This document shows positions 1 through 8,386 of a DNA stretch of 64,000 bases, in pieces; the stretch's first letter is position 1, and every line of letters begins with the position of its first letter. A program made the translations under genes and the position numbers. A model generated the notes under the pieces. It saw only the letters and a program-made list of their open reading frames with translations. It was not told the DNA's origin and searched no databases. The stretch is from assembly GCA_000165345.1 (NCBI GenBank), contig CM000430.1:352001-416000 (forward strand), read 5' to 3'.

Positions 1-9
1 AGTGCACTC

Positions 10-267
10 TCACGAGCAGATAGCATTTCTAATTGTTTTTGTCATGCCTTCATTATTCGTTGAAATAACATAGAACAAATATTCAAAGCTAAGTTTAGGA
101 TCTTTATTTTTTAACATTAAATTTAGTTGTAAAACAATATTTACAGAATTACTAGTATCCCTTAAGAATACCTCCCCAATATAGAAGGGATTAGACAGAG
201 GAGAATAAAGCCATGTTAACATGAATTTTGGTATTGCCCTAATATTGTATTTTTTTTTTGTACTCAC
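10..267 (-). CDS. hypothetical ORF near window edge, no recognisable domain
   Basis: 85-aa ORF in the six-frame track with no recognisable family. Confidence 0.15.
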   Translation of the reverse strand: MSTKKKYNIRAIPKFMLTWLYSPLSNPFYIGEVFLRDTSNSVNIVLQLNLMLKNKDPKLSFEYLFYVISTNNEGMTKTIRNAICS

Positions 268-293
268 TAAAATTGTTTACCAATATAATTTCG

Positions 294-300
294 GCATGCA
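294..300. promoter_or_regulatory. GCATGCA motif ~95 bp upstream of the EF-hand gene
   Basis: GCATGCACCGCCGG GC block inside AT-rich intergenic DNA. GCATGC also recurs upstream of other genes at 36123, 50873 and 62210. It resembles the apicomplexan AP2-type TGCATGCA element (established knowledge). Confidence 0.3.
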
Positions 301-392
301 CCGCCGGAACATGTCTTGTCGATTATTTACAAGTGGTAAACCGAATTTTTTGATTTGTTTTAATTAATTACAAAGTAGAATAAATCGAAATT

Positions 393-902
393 TTGAAAAT
401 GAACGAAAGTTCAACCCATATTCAGAGCAAAAAAATACCCCAAAATAGAATATCGGATATTCAAACAATTTTTCATTTATTTGATAAGGATAAAGATGGA
501 AGCATTAGTGGGTCTGACTTATTTGAGACTTTCAAATCAATTGGGCTTGACATTCCTCCACAGCAAATAGATGTGCTTTTAAATGAAATAAAAGGGCGCG
601 CAAGCACAGGTATGCAACAAGATCCAGCAATTTCTAGCTCTATTGATTGCGCAATGTTTTCTGGATTCATTAGTAGACAGCTTGACTCAGCACCTTTAAG
701 TGAACAACTAAGGGAAACTTTTTCATTACTGGATATTAACGGAGATGGCTATATTACCCCAGAATGCTTAGCAGAAGTTTGCTCAAAGCTTGGCGTATCA
801 CTTACTGATCAGGATGCAAGGCAATTAATGGTGCAATCAGATGGCCAAGCAAAAGCAGATTATAATAAATTTGTGAAGCTTATGCAACTTTCAAAGGGAT
901 AA
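393..902 (+). CDS. EF-hand calcium-binding protein (calmodulin / myosin-light-chain-like)
   Basis: ATG start. Canonical EF-hand loops DKDKDGSISGSDL and DINGDGYITPECL. Confidence 0.7.
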   Translation: MKMNESSTHIQSKKIPQNRISDIQTIFHLFDKDKDGSISGSDLFETFKSIGLDIPPQQIDVLLNEIKGRASTGMQQDPAISSSIDCAMFSGFISRQLDSAPLSEQLRETFSLLDINGDGYITPECLAEVCSKLGVSLTDQDARQLMVQSDGQAKADYNKFVKLMQLSKG

Positions 903-932
903 CAAATTTAAATCAATATATTTTTACTTAGC

Positions 933-960
933 ATGTGTGGCATAAATTTGTTCCACACAT
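933..960. repeat. perfect 8-bp inverted repeat ATGTGTGG-(12 nt)-CCACACAT, 31 nt downstream of the EF-hand stop
   Basis: Read directly from sequence. Possible 3'-end hairpin or factor site. Confidence 0.4.
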
Positions 961-1059
961 CTAGTTAAAAACTAGCTTAATAATATTAATAATGTACTAT
1001 TTCATTGAAAAAATAACAAATTTTTTTATTTGGTACGAATATAAATATTTATTAAATGA

Positions 1060-4000
1060 ATGCTTAAGATGGATGGAACTGAAAAAATAATTAAAAAAAA
1101 CAATGCTTTGCTCATTTTATTCTTAATGATTTTTTTGATAATTGAAATTGGAATTGGAATCTATATAAAATTAGAAATGAGCAATGCACGACTTAACTAT
1201 AATATTTTGTTGAACTCTATATTGGAAAACTCTAGATCCCTTTATCTTGGTATTAATGATGGTATACTGCAACTCTATTCTTGTGAAGAAAATATTGAGC
1301 AAAAAATAAAAACTGAGATGACTAAATATTTGAATGCAATTCCAAATATTGCATATTCTTTTCCTTTTTCGTTTTGTTTAAGTAACTTTGATTTTAGAGA
1401 CATCACCAGCAATATTTATTATGATTATTTATCAATTGATGTGGATTTTTGGATAACTAATTCATTTTCAAATTTTTCTGGTATTCTTAAAAGCATTGAG
1501 AACTGTATGAATAACTCTCTATCATATGCGCTTTCACAAGAGTCTGCCTTCTTATTAGAACCTATTATAGTTTCAAAGAAACAAATGTGGGCAATTCATC
1601 AAAAAATGAGAAATTACTCAATTAATATGGCAAATGAAGAATTCAAATTCGGTCAAAACACTCTAATTTGTAATAATTCAATGATACATGATTTGGAGGG
1701 TAGTCCAAGGATCACAGGAGTTTTAATCAATGGAAGCGAATATCAGGCACCTCTATTTAAAATAGATACAAAATCTCTGGATAAAGATGTTATTAATTTT
1801 GCAATTAGCGGTGATATTAACAGCGAGGAAACTGGGATTAGTCTCGATAATATCATTGAAAATACCCGATTAGTACAAAGTAGTAAAATAAAACTAAATG
1901 GAATAAATCAAATTGTCCATGAGTCAGAAGATAATGAGTTTCCGAAACATTTAAGCGAAATTAAATTTTTAAATCAATTATTTGCTAGTCCGCAAGAAGA
2001 AAACATTTTTGTAAATATCTCGAATCCAAGAATACTAGACGTTAATGGTGTTATTAATTACAGTAATGGTTTTAAATCAGCATTTAATAGAACGATTTAC
2101 ATTCCAACTTCCTCTTTATTAAGCATTGTTGAAGTATTTTCTGAAGGTATGAAGGAGTTAGAGAGAAATATGGGCAATAATTTAGTGGGAAATATCATGC
2201 TAATCCGGGTTTTTTCGATAATAATAATTCTTATTTCTTTGGTTTTTACGGCGACTATTTTTATTCCATTGATATTGATTGAGAGTGAAAAAGGAAAGGA
2301 AATATTCTCAAATTATGGGTTTTTAATAGTAGAAAGATATAAGTATTTTTCTAGGAAATACTCCCGTGAAACTAATAGTTCTCTGGGAGAATTCTATTCA
2401 TTATTTGAGAAGCTTTTTAATGTTATTCATAAAGTTTTTGAGGGCAAAAAAAAAGAAAAAAATAAGATTACAAAAATAAATGAGACTCCAATTCTAGCTA
2501 TATCCAAAAATATTGAATTGAATATTGTCTACAAACAATTAATGGGGATATTCAGGTTTAAATTATGTTATGTTTGGAAGTTTTCTATTTTAAACTCATA
2601 CTGCCTAGCGATAATTAACAATCAACAAAGTGAATTTATTGTTATTGACAATATTAACACAAATATGAATTCAATATTGGAGAATGTCTCAAAATTGATA
2701 GATGGAGATTCATCAACGATCGAAGTAATAACTAAAATTAACAGCAAAAGTATTGATAATAATGATTACTTCAAATTATTTCTATATTACATCGTCATTT
2801 CTAATTTAGTTCACTCTATTAATTCAATAATAGACAAAAACGAAAAAATCAAACTCAAGTCTGAAAAAAGATCAATCATGTTATCAATCAATTCAGAACA
2901 AGATATATCTTCATTAAATAACTATTTAAATTTTGCAAATTTCATTAATTCATTTGACAGAAATTTCAAAGTAAGAGATTTTCGTGAATGCTTTGAGGAA
3001 TTTAATATAGATAATAATGTGCTTAGTATTCTAATTGAACGATTAAATCTAGAATTTTTGATTAAACCTAATTCTAATGAACTATTAATAGATATAACAA
3101 AAAAATATAAAAGCAATCAATTAATTAATAACTCTAGTAAAAACAATTATTTACAAAATGAAACATTGGGAAATGAATTGACATTTGTCTTGATACTGGA
3201 AAATTTTGCTCCATATCAAAATTATATTTTAGAATATGAATGCTCAAAAATGAACCTCAATTTTATCAGAACAAAATATTCAAACTTAAATCTGATTCCA
3301 TTCATTAACGTGGAAGTTCTAATTATTTTCGCCAACAAAGTATTGATCAAACAAGACGAAATAATTAGATTTGTTTCGAAAATTACTAATGAACAATCTA
3401 TTATTCGTGAAATAGTTATTTTTTGGTTGGAGAATGACGAAATTATTCTTCAAGATTTGAAGTGTCATAGTAATTCAGATAAAAAAGGCTTTGATAACTT
3501 TAAATTATCAAACTCGGTGGATAAGATGAGCTATTATATAGCCAAATCAAGTCAGAGTGCTCGCTATTTATTAGATAACAATAATTCCTTAAATACTGAG
3601 TATGTGAGCAATATTCAAAAGTTTATTAAAGCAAAAATTAGTCAACATTCATTAAAAGAACCACTTTCTCATTCAAGCATAAAAAAGTTGCTATCAAATT
3701 TTGTTCCCAAGAAAACTAGAGTAGATAGTCAGTTTTTACTATCAAATTCTCCTCTTCAAAATTTTATTGATATCATTGATAATAAAATTTATTTGCAATT
3801 ATCAAAGATTAACTTCTTTGCAAATAATTTTATTTTCGAATTAAATGATTTAAAGTCTAGTGAAAAAAACTTTGATTGCGATGAAAATAATTATTTATCA
3901 AATGAATATACAGAAATGAATAACAATGGAGTTCTAATTAAAGAATTGCAACTAAAAATATCAGTATTTTCGATGATTAGACCGTATAATTTGAAAAAAT

Positions 4001-4563
4001 ATTTCAATCGAAAATCAGAAAAATTAGATTTTGTAAATTTAGTATCATTAAATGGAGATTTGAATATCAAAGATTTAGCCAACGAACTTTTATCTATATC
4101 AGAATCTGAATTAACGTCTAGAATAAAAAATGGGATTCAAGATATTTTTCAATTGCTGTCAGTTGAGAAATTGCCAGAAAAAATCGACTTATTTATGGAT
4201 TTTTGGGAATTTATTAAGAGAAATGCTTTGATCAAAAATGGGAAATTTCTGCAGTATTATTGTCCTAAATTAGTCTTACATTGTATACTTGTATTAGAAT
4301 TTTTAATTAAAAACTCAATAGGTTTGATTGAAAATATTGTCTTTGATTCCAGCAACATATTGGCACTAATTATCAGCTTTATTTCAATTCCATTTATTAA
4401 ACCTGGAATTACATCTGACATTATATCACTTTCAAATGAGATTGTTCCAATTTATTCCAATAAACTTGCGCCTTTAGAAATCCAAATATGCAGTATTTTG
4501 GAAAAAATTTTATCCTTTACAAAGTTCTCTAATTTATTTGATGATTTGGAGGTAAGTTGGTAG
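1060..4563 (+). CDS. large lineage-specific membrane protein (1167 aa), unknown function
   Basis: ATG start. N-terminal hydrophobic anchor (LILFLMIFLIIEIGIGIYI) and a second TM (IMLIRVFSIIIILISLVFTATIFIPLILI). Asn/Ile/Lys-rich. No recognisable domain. Confidence 0.5.
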   Translation: MLKMDGTEKIIKKNNALLILFLMIFLIIEIGIGIYIKLEMSNARLNYNILLNSILENSRSLYLGINDGILQLYSCEENIEQKIKTEMTKYLNAIPNIAYSFPFSFCLSNFDFRDITSNIYYDYLSIDVDFWITNSFSNFSGILKSIENCMNNSLSYALSQESAFLLEPIIVSKKQMWAIHQKMRNYSINMANEEFKFGQNTLICNNSMIHDLEGSPRITGVLINGSEYQAPLFKIDTKSLDKDVINFAISGDINSEETGISLDNIIENTRLVQSSKIKLNGINQIVHESEDNEFPKHLSEIKFLNQLFASPQEENIFVNISNPRILDVNGVINYSNGFKSAFNRTIYIPTSSLLSIVEVFSEGMKELERNMGNNLVGNIMLIRVFSIIIILISLVFTATIFIPLILIESEKGKEIFSNYGFLIVERYKYFSRKYSRETNSSLGEFYSLFEKLFNVIHKVFEGKKKEKNKITKINETPILAISKNIELNIVYKQLMGIFRFKLCYVWKFSILNSYCLAIINNQQSEFIVIDNINTNMNSILENVSKLIDGDSSTIEVITKINSKSIDNNDYFKLFLYYIVISNLVHSINSIIDKNEKIKLKSEKRSIMLSINSEQDISSLNNYLNFANFINSFDRNFKVRDFRECFEEFNIDNNVLSILIERLNLEFLIKPNSNELLIDITKKYKSNQLINNSSKNNYLQNETLGNELTFVLILENFAPYQNYILEYECSKMNLNFIRTKYSNLNLIPFINVEVLIIFANKVLIKQDEIIRFVSKITNEQSIIREIVIFWLENDEIILQDLKCHSNSDKKGFDNFKLSNSVDKMSYYIAKSSQSARYLLDNNNSLNTEYVSNIQKFIKAKISQHSLKEPLSHSSIKKLLSNFVPKKTRVDSQFLLSNSPLQNFIDIIDNKIYLQLSKINFFANNFIFELNDLKSSEKNFDCDENNYLSNEYTEMNNNGVLIKELQLKISVFSMIRPYNLKKYFNRKSEKLDFVNLVSLNGDLNIKDLANELLSISESELTSRIKNGIQDIFQLLSVEKLPEKIDLFMDFWEFIKRNALIKNGKFLQYYCPKLVLHCILVLEFLIKNSIGLIENIVFDSSNILALIISFISIPFIKPGITSDIISLSNEIVPIYSNKLAPLEIQICSILEKILSFTKFSNLFDDLEVSW

Positions 4564-4605
4564 CTTTCATAAAATTCCAAAATTAGTTATGTTCAGAAAT
4601 GTAAA

Positions 4606-5162
4606 ATGTTAATTCTAGTAAATATTTTGTCTCTTAACGAAGAAATATCATTTGGAATTAAACATTGGTTAAACGAAAGTGTAAATAATCAGAATGGCAT
4701 GGGAGCATCTCTTATTTTTTGCGAACCAATTATCAATCATATAGTACGAGATAGTAACGTACTTTTTGTATCAATTCTTTTTAATACAAGTAAGTTAATA
4801 TTAGCTATTCCAATAATTAATTATGCTTCTAAGTTTTATTTAGCCAGACTTTGTTTCAGAAAGAATACTCTATGGCATGGGTAAAAAGGTGGATTACTCA
4901 AAAGTATTGGGAAGATCAATTTGAAGAAGCACTGAATAAACATTTTAACACAAAATTACCAATTAAAGTTAAACCATTTCCTAACGGGTCAGACCTATTC
5001 AATAACCTTACTATTCAATGGTTAAATGCTATATATCAATTTGATCAACTTTATTCTGAAAATGCATATGAAGGCAAATTCTTTGTTAAAGCGTTTACTA
5101 GAATTAGAAAAAACTTTCATGCTTGGAATGATGAATATAAAAAAAGTAAATGGGATATTTGA
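4606..5162 (+). other. two overlapping small ORFs in different frames (92 aa ATG-start, 103 aa TTG-start); possible small gene, frameshift or pseudogene
   Basis: ORF-track 4606..4884 and 4851..5162 overlap by 34 nt in different frames. A trial intron (4790..4859) does not restore the frame. Confidence 0.2.
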
Positions 5163-5183
5163 AATTTCGATGAATGGATGAAT

Positions 5184-6983
5184 TCAATTACTATATATTG
5201 AAGAGACTGAAAGAAGAATATATGGGATAATTTCAGTATTGTAAATTGAAGTAATCTTATCAATGTTAATCGCTAACCAACTTTCAATTTGAGGATTTGA
5301 GTTGGATATATGGAAATTCCTCAAGTCTTCAATTTCTATTAAAATTAATGATAAAAATTCATCTGTTAGGTCCAAAATAAAGGGCTCCAAAGATTTTAAT
5401 GGGCATTGCTTTATCTCATTTAAAATATTAGCAAACTCGTTTTTGAGAATCGAAAACGGTCTAATTTGATTAACTCTCATATTATTGGTTTGAATTTCAT
5501 CGCTCCAGTCAAATTCTCTTAACTCGAATGAAAAAATGCTCAGACAAAACTCGAGCATTTTTCTATAGTATTCGACCATATAATTTTCTAGAAAAGAAAT
5601 TGTTATTAACAAAATAGGTTTTGAAAATGAGAAAACATTGTAAATTTGCAAATATAAATCTTGACAAGATGAAAATGTAATTGGAACGTTATTTAAATCA
5701 AATTGAGCAACGTAGATTGTCTTTGTAGATAATGATTTTTGCGAAAAAGATTTAATTGAGCGATTACCTAGTGCCAAATTTTTATTTTCAAGATGCTTAT
5801 TATTTACCAAAGTTAGTGACTTTTTGCAAAAGCAAACAAACCAATTCATGTAGTAATTCAACCAAGAATTAGATAGCCAAGAAAAATCACATTCACTCGA
5901 AAATAGTGAATTGAATGTTGATATAACGTTTGGCAATAGCGAATTGAATAGTGTTATGGCACATTTCAAAGATGCGCAGCAATTCAATTTAGAAAGCATA
6001 TTTGATTTATTTCTATATTCAATATCAATGAATTCACTCCTAGACTTCAAAAAAATTTTTGCAAGCATAGAACTCATTATTAAATAATCAGACTCTGAGC
6101 TGATTTTGTTATACAGGCATATTTCTTCTAAAAACCCGTGTTTTGGTTTAGTTATTTCGCTATTTAGAGTTATTAATCTTCTAAGATGGCCAATAATTTC
6201 CACAGTGTTTAGCAGAGATTGTTGATCAAAATTTAGTCGAGACTTAATTGACGAGTAGAGTGAATCTTTTACCAACTCCATTTTATGTTTTGTTGTCTCA
6301 ATAAGTGTTGAAATGAAAGAGTTCTCTTCATTTTGCCAAACTTTGTTATATGAAATTGAAGCTTCTAGTAGCTTTATGGTTGATTCAAAATATTCAAGTG
6401 TGTCCAAAGCATCATCTGTCATATTTGCAGAAACAAAGCTTTCAATAAGTTTTGGTAATTCTATTAGTTCAACTATAAGTTTTAAAATATTTCTCAAAAT
6501 AGTTAGCTTCCTAAATTGAGATAGTTTTTGTAGTAATATCGATTGGCTTGAATTAGATTTCTGAGTAACTATTGAAAAAAAATGATTGATTGTTACGTTT
6601 GCTCTCTTTTCGAAACCGATGAATTTTTTTCTAATTTCTGTAACAACTTGTTTATTTCTTTTTATAAGTTTTGTTGAATTATACAATGTGGATCTTTGGA
6701 CAGAGCTTCTTAATTTTTGTAGCTCTAAATCTAGGGACCTATACTCTGATAGAAGTTTATTCGGGTATTCCGATGCCAATAATGGTAATAAGTAGCTTTG
6801 ATTGTTAGAGGTGATTTCATCTTGAAGAGCACAATTAATACTCGAATTTACTCCTTTATATGGAGAACTTTGTTTTAAATATTGAAATCTTACATCCTTC
6901 TTTGGTATTTTATCTTCATTAAAACCCCCACGCTTTAAGTTATTTTGTAATAGGGATATTAATTCAATATCATACTCATGCAT
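5184..6983 (-). CDS. hypothetical protein (599 aa); N-terminal region weakly resembles Vps51/Dor1-type tethering-subunit motifs
   Basis: ATG start. N-terminal LLPLLASEYPNKLLSEYRSLDLELQKLRSSVQ. No firm domain. Confidence 0.4.
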   Translation of the reverse strand: MHEYDIELISLLQNNLKRGGFNEDKIPKKDVRFQYLKQSSPYKGVNSSINCALQDEITSNNQSYLLPLLASEYPNKLLSEYRSLDLELQKLRSSVQRSTLYNSTKLIKRNKQVVTEIRKKFIGFEKRANVTINHFFSIVTQKSNSSQSILLQKLSQFRKLTILRNILKLIVELIELPKLIESFVSANMTDDALDTLEYFESTIKLLEASISYNKVWQNEENSFISTLIETTKHKMELVKDSLYSSIKSRLNFDQQSLLNTVEIIGHLRRLITLNSEITKPKHGFLEEICLYNKISSESDYLIMSSMLAKIFLKSRSEFIDIEYRNKSNMLSKLNCCASLKCAITLFNSLLPNVISTFNSLFSSECDFSWLSNSWLNYYMNWFVCFCKKSLTLVNNKHLENKNLALGNRSIKSFSQKSLSTKTIYVAQFDLNNVPITFSSCQDLYLQIYNVFSFSKPILLITISFLENYMVEYYRKMLEFCLSIFSFELREFDWSDEIQTNNMRVNQIRPFSILKNEFANILNEIKQCPLKSLEPFILDLTDEFLSLILIEIEDLRNFHISNSNPQIESWLAINIDKITSIYNTEIIPYILLSVSSIYSN

Positions 6984-7061
6984 TGCTTTATTTGGGGAAA
7001 AAAAAAAAAACTGATTTATTCTACCGCTTTTCTGATAATACTTGAAAATTGGAACTTAAAT

Positions 7062-8204
7062 ATGTTTGAATTGGAAAAATTATTAGCAAGTTATAGCCAT
7101 CCAATTTTAAGAGAAAGGATAGAATATTTCGGAAGATTTCAACAGGATATTTTAGATAGTAATTACCCCAATATTGCATCATTCAACCTTTTAGAACAGG
7201 GAAATGAAACCATTTTTGACTACGATGGCTTCGTTTATAAATTATACCTTTCTTTTGCGAGTAATACAGAAGTAAACAAGAAAAACAATACATCAGAAAA
7301 CAAGGAAAATGATCTGAAGATTGTGCCATTAAAAGATATACGCAGAGAATCTTCTAAACATTTAAATTTAGTTATAGAGGTTTACAATACTCATATTAGG
7401 CAGCTTTGGAATGACGCAAAACAACTTATTGAACATTATAAGAGCATTATTAGTAATGCTATTGAAATTTATGAGTCTCACAACTTGGATAACTGTTTAA
7501 TTATTTATTTGCCGAACAATGCAATATCTGAAATATTTTCCGATTTAAATAATCGGAATGCGACAAAAAGCGCAGCTTTTGAAATGATTACCTCTTCAAT
7601 AAAAAGTTGTCTTTATTGCGGTAGCGTATTGAATACTATAAGATATATATCATTCTATTGTTTTTTGGATAACAAAACTATTTCAGAAGATATTGGTATT
7701 CAAGGTTTTTCCCTAATTTACATTACTTTACTTTCAAATAAGAAAATATATGCATTTTACCCCGATTCAAAAAATAAATATAAATTTGCAATACTAGCAA
7801 TCGAGTTTTTAGATAAATTAATTAAAAGTAATATATTAACTAGCAACTTTATTCAAGAATTATCAATTGCAATAAACCAAAGTGAGATTTCTATTTTTAA
7901 AAATATGCTTGATTCGAATGCAATATCAATATCATATTCAAGCTCGCTGCCAAAAAGTGCCAATGAAATTCTTTATAATCAAAAATCAGACAGTTCATCT
8001 GGTGAGAAATCGTTTATGATATTTTGCATCCCGATTTCTTGGTTAGACTCAACAGACGACTATATCAAATTATACTTCGCTGGGCTCATTACGTTGATAA
8101 ATAACATATTGCTGCAAATGATCCCACAGTGCAAAAGCACGATTAGATGTGGATTAAGGAAATTTGTGCTCGAATTAACTAGCCAGGAATGCGAGGGTTG
8201 CTAA
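7062..8204 (+). CDS. hypothetical protein (start taken at MFELEKLL)
   Basis: ORF-track start 6978 would overlap the divergent gene's ATG at 6983, so the internal ATG at 7062 is preferred. No recognisable domain. Confidence 0.4.
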   Translation: MFELEKLLASYSHPILRERIEYFGRFQQDILDSNYPNIASFNLLEQGNETIFDYDGFVYKLYLSFASNTEVNKKNNTSENKENDLKIVPLKDIRRESSKHLNLVIEVYNTHIRQLWNDAKQLIEHYKSIISNAIEIYESHNLDNCLIIYLPNNAISEIFSDLNNRNATKSAAFEMITSSIKSCLYCGSVLNTIRYISFYCFLDNKTISEDIGIQGFSLIYITLLSNKKIYAFYPDSKNKYKFAILAIEFLDKLIKSNILTSNFIQELSIAINQSEISIFKNMLDSNAISISYSSSLPKSANEILYNQKSDSSSGEKSFMIFCIPISWLDSTDDYIKLYFAGLITLINNILLQMIPQCKSTIRCGLRKFVLELTSQECEGC

Positions 8205-8386
8205 TACACTTTTGTACCAGTTTTAAGCTTTATTAATTTCGTAGCGCCTTAATTACCACATTATTAAGCGCCTACGAAGAATTTGTGCTGAAGCTATTTT
8301 ATGAGTACCTACTAAACAAAACTTTACGTAAACAGTAATTGTTATTCGTAACACTTGAAATCAAATAACAATATATACTCGGGACA

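Noticed and set aside
473-670. Numerous 60-100-aa antisense or out-of-frame ORFs nested inside larger genes (e.g. 473..670, 2922..3116, 21274..21627, 38560..38853)
   Set aside because: Low-complexity translations entirely overlapped by well-supported genes on the other strand or frame. Expected by chance in AT-rich sequence.
4790-4859. Candidate 71-nt intron joining the 4606 and 4851 ORFs
   Set aside because: GTAAGT donor and TTTGTTTCAG acceptor exist, but the splice leaves the downstream ORF out of frame and hits a stop within 25 codons.
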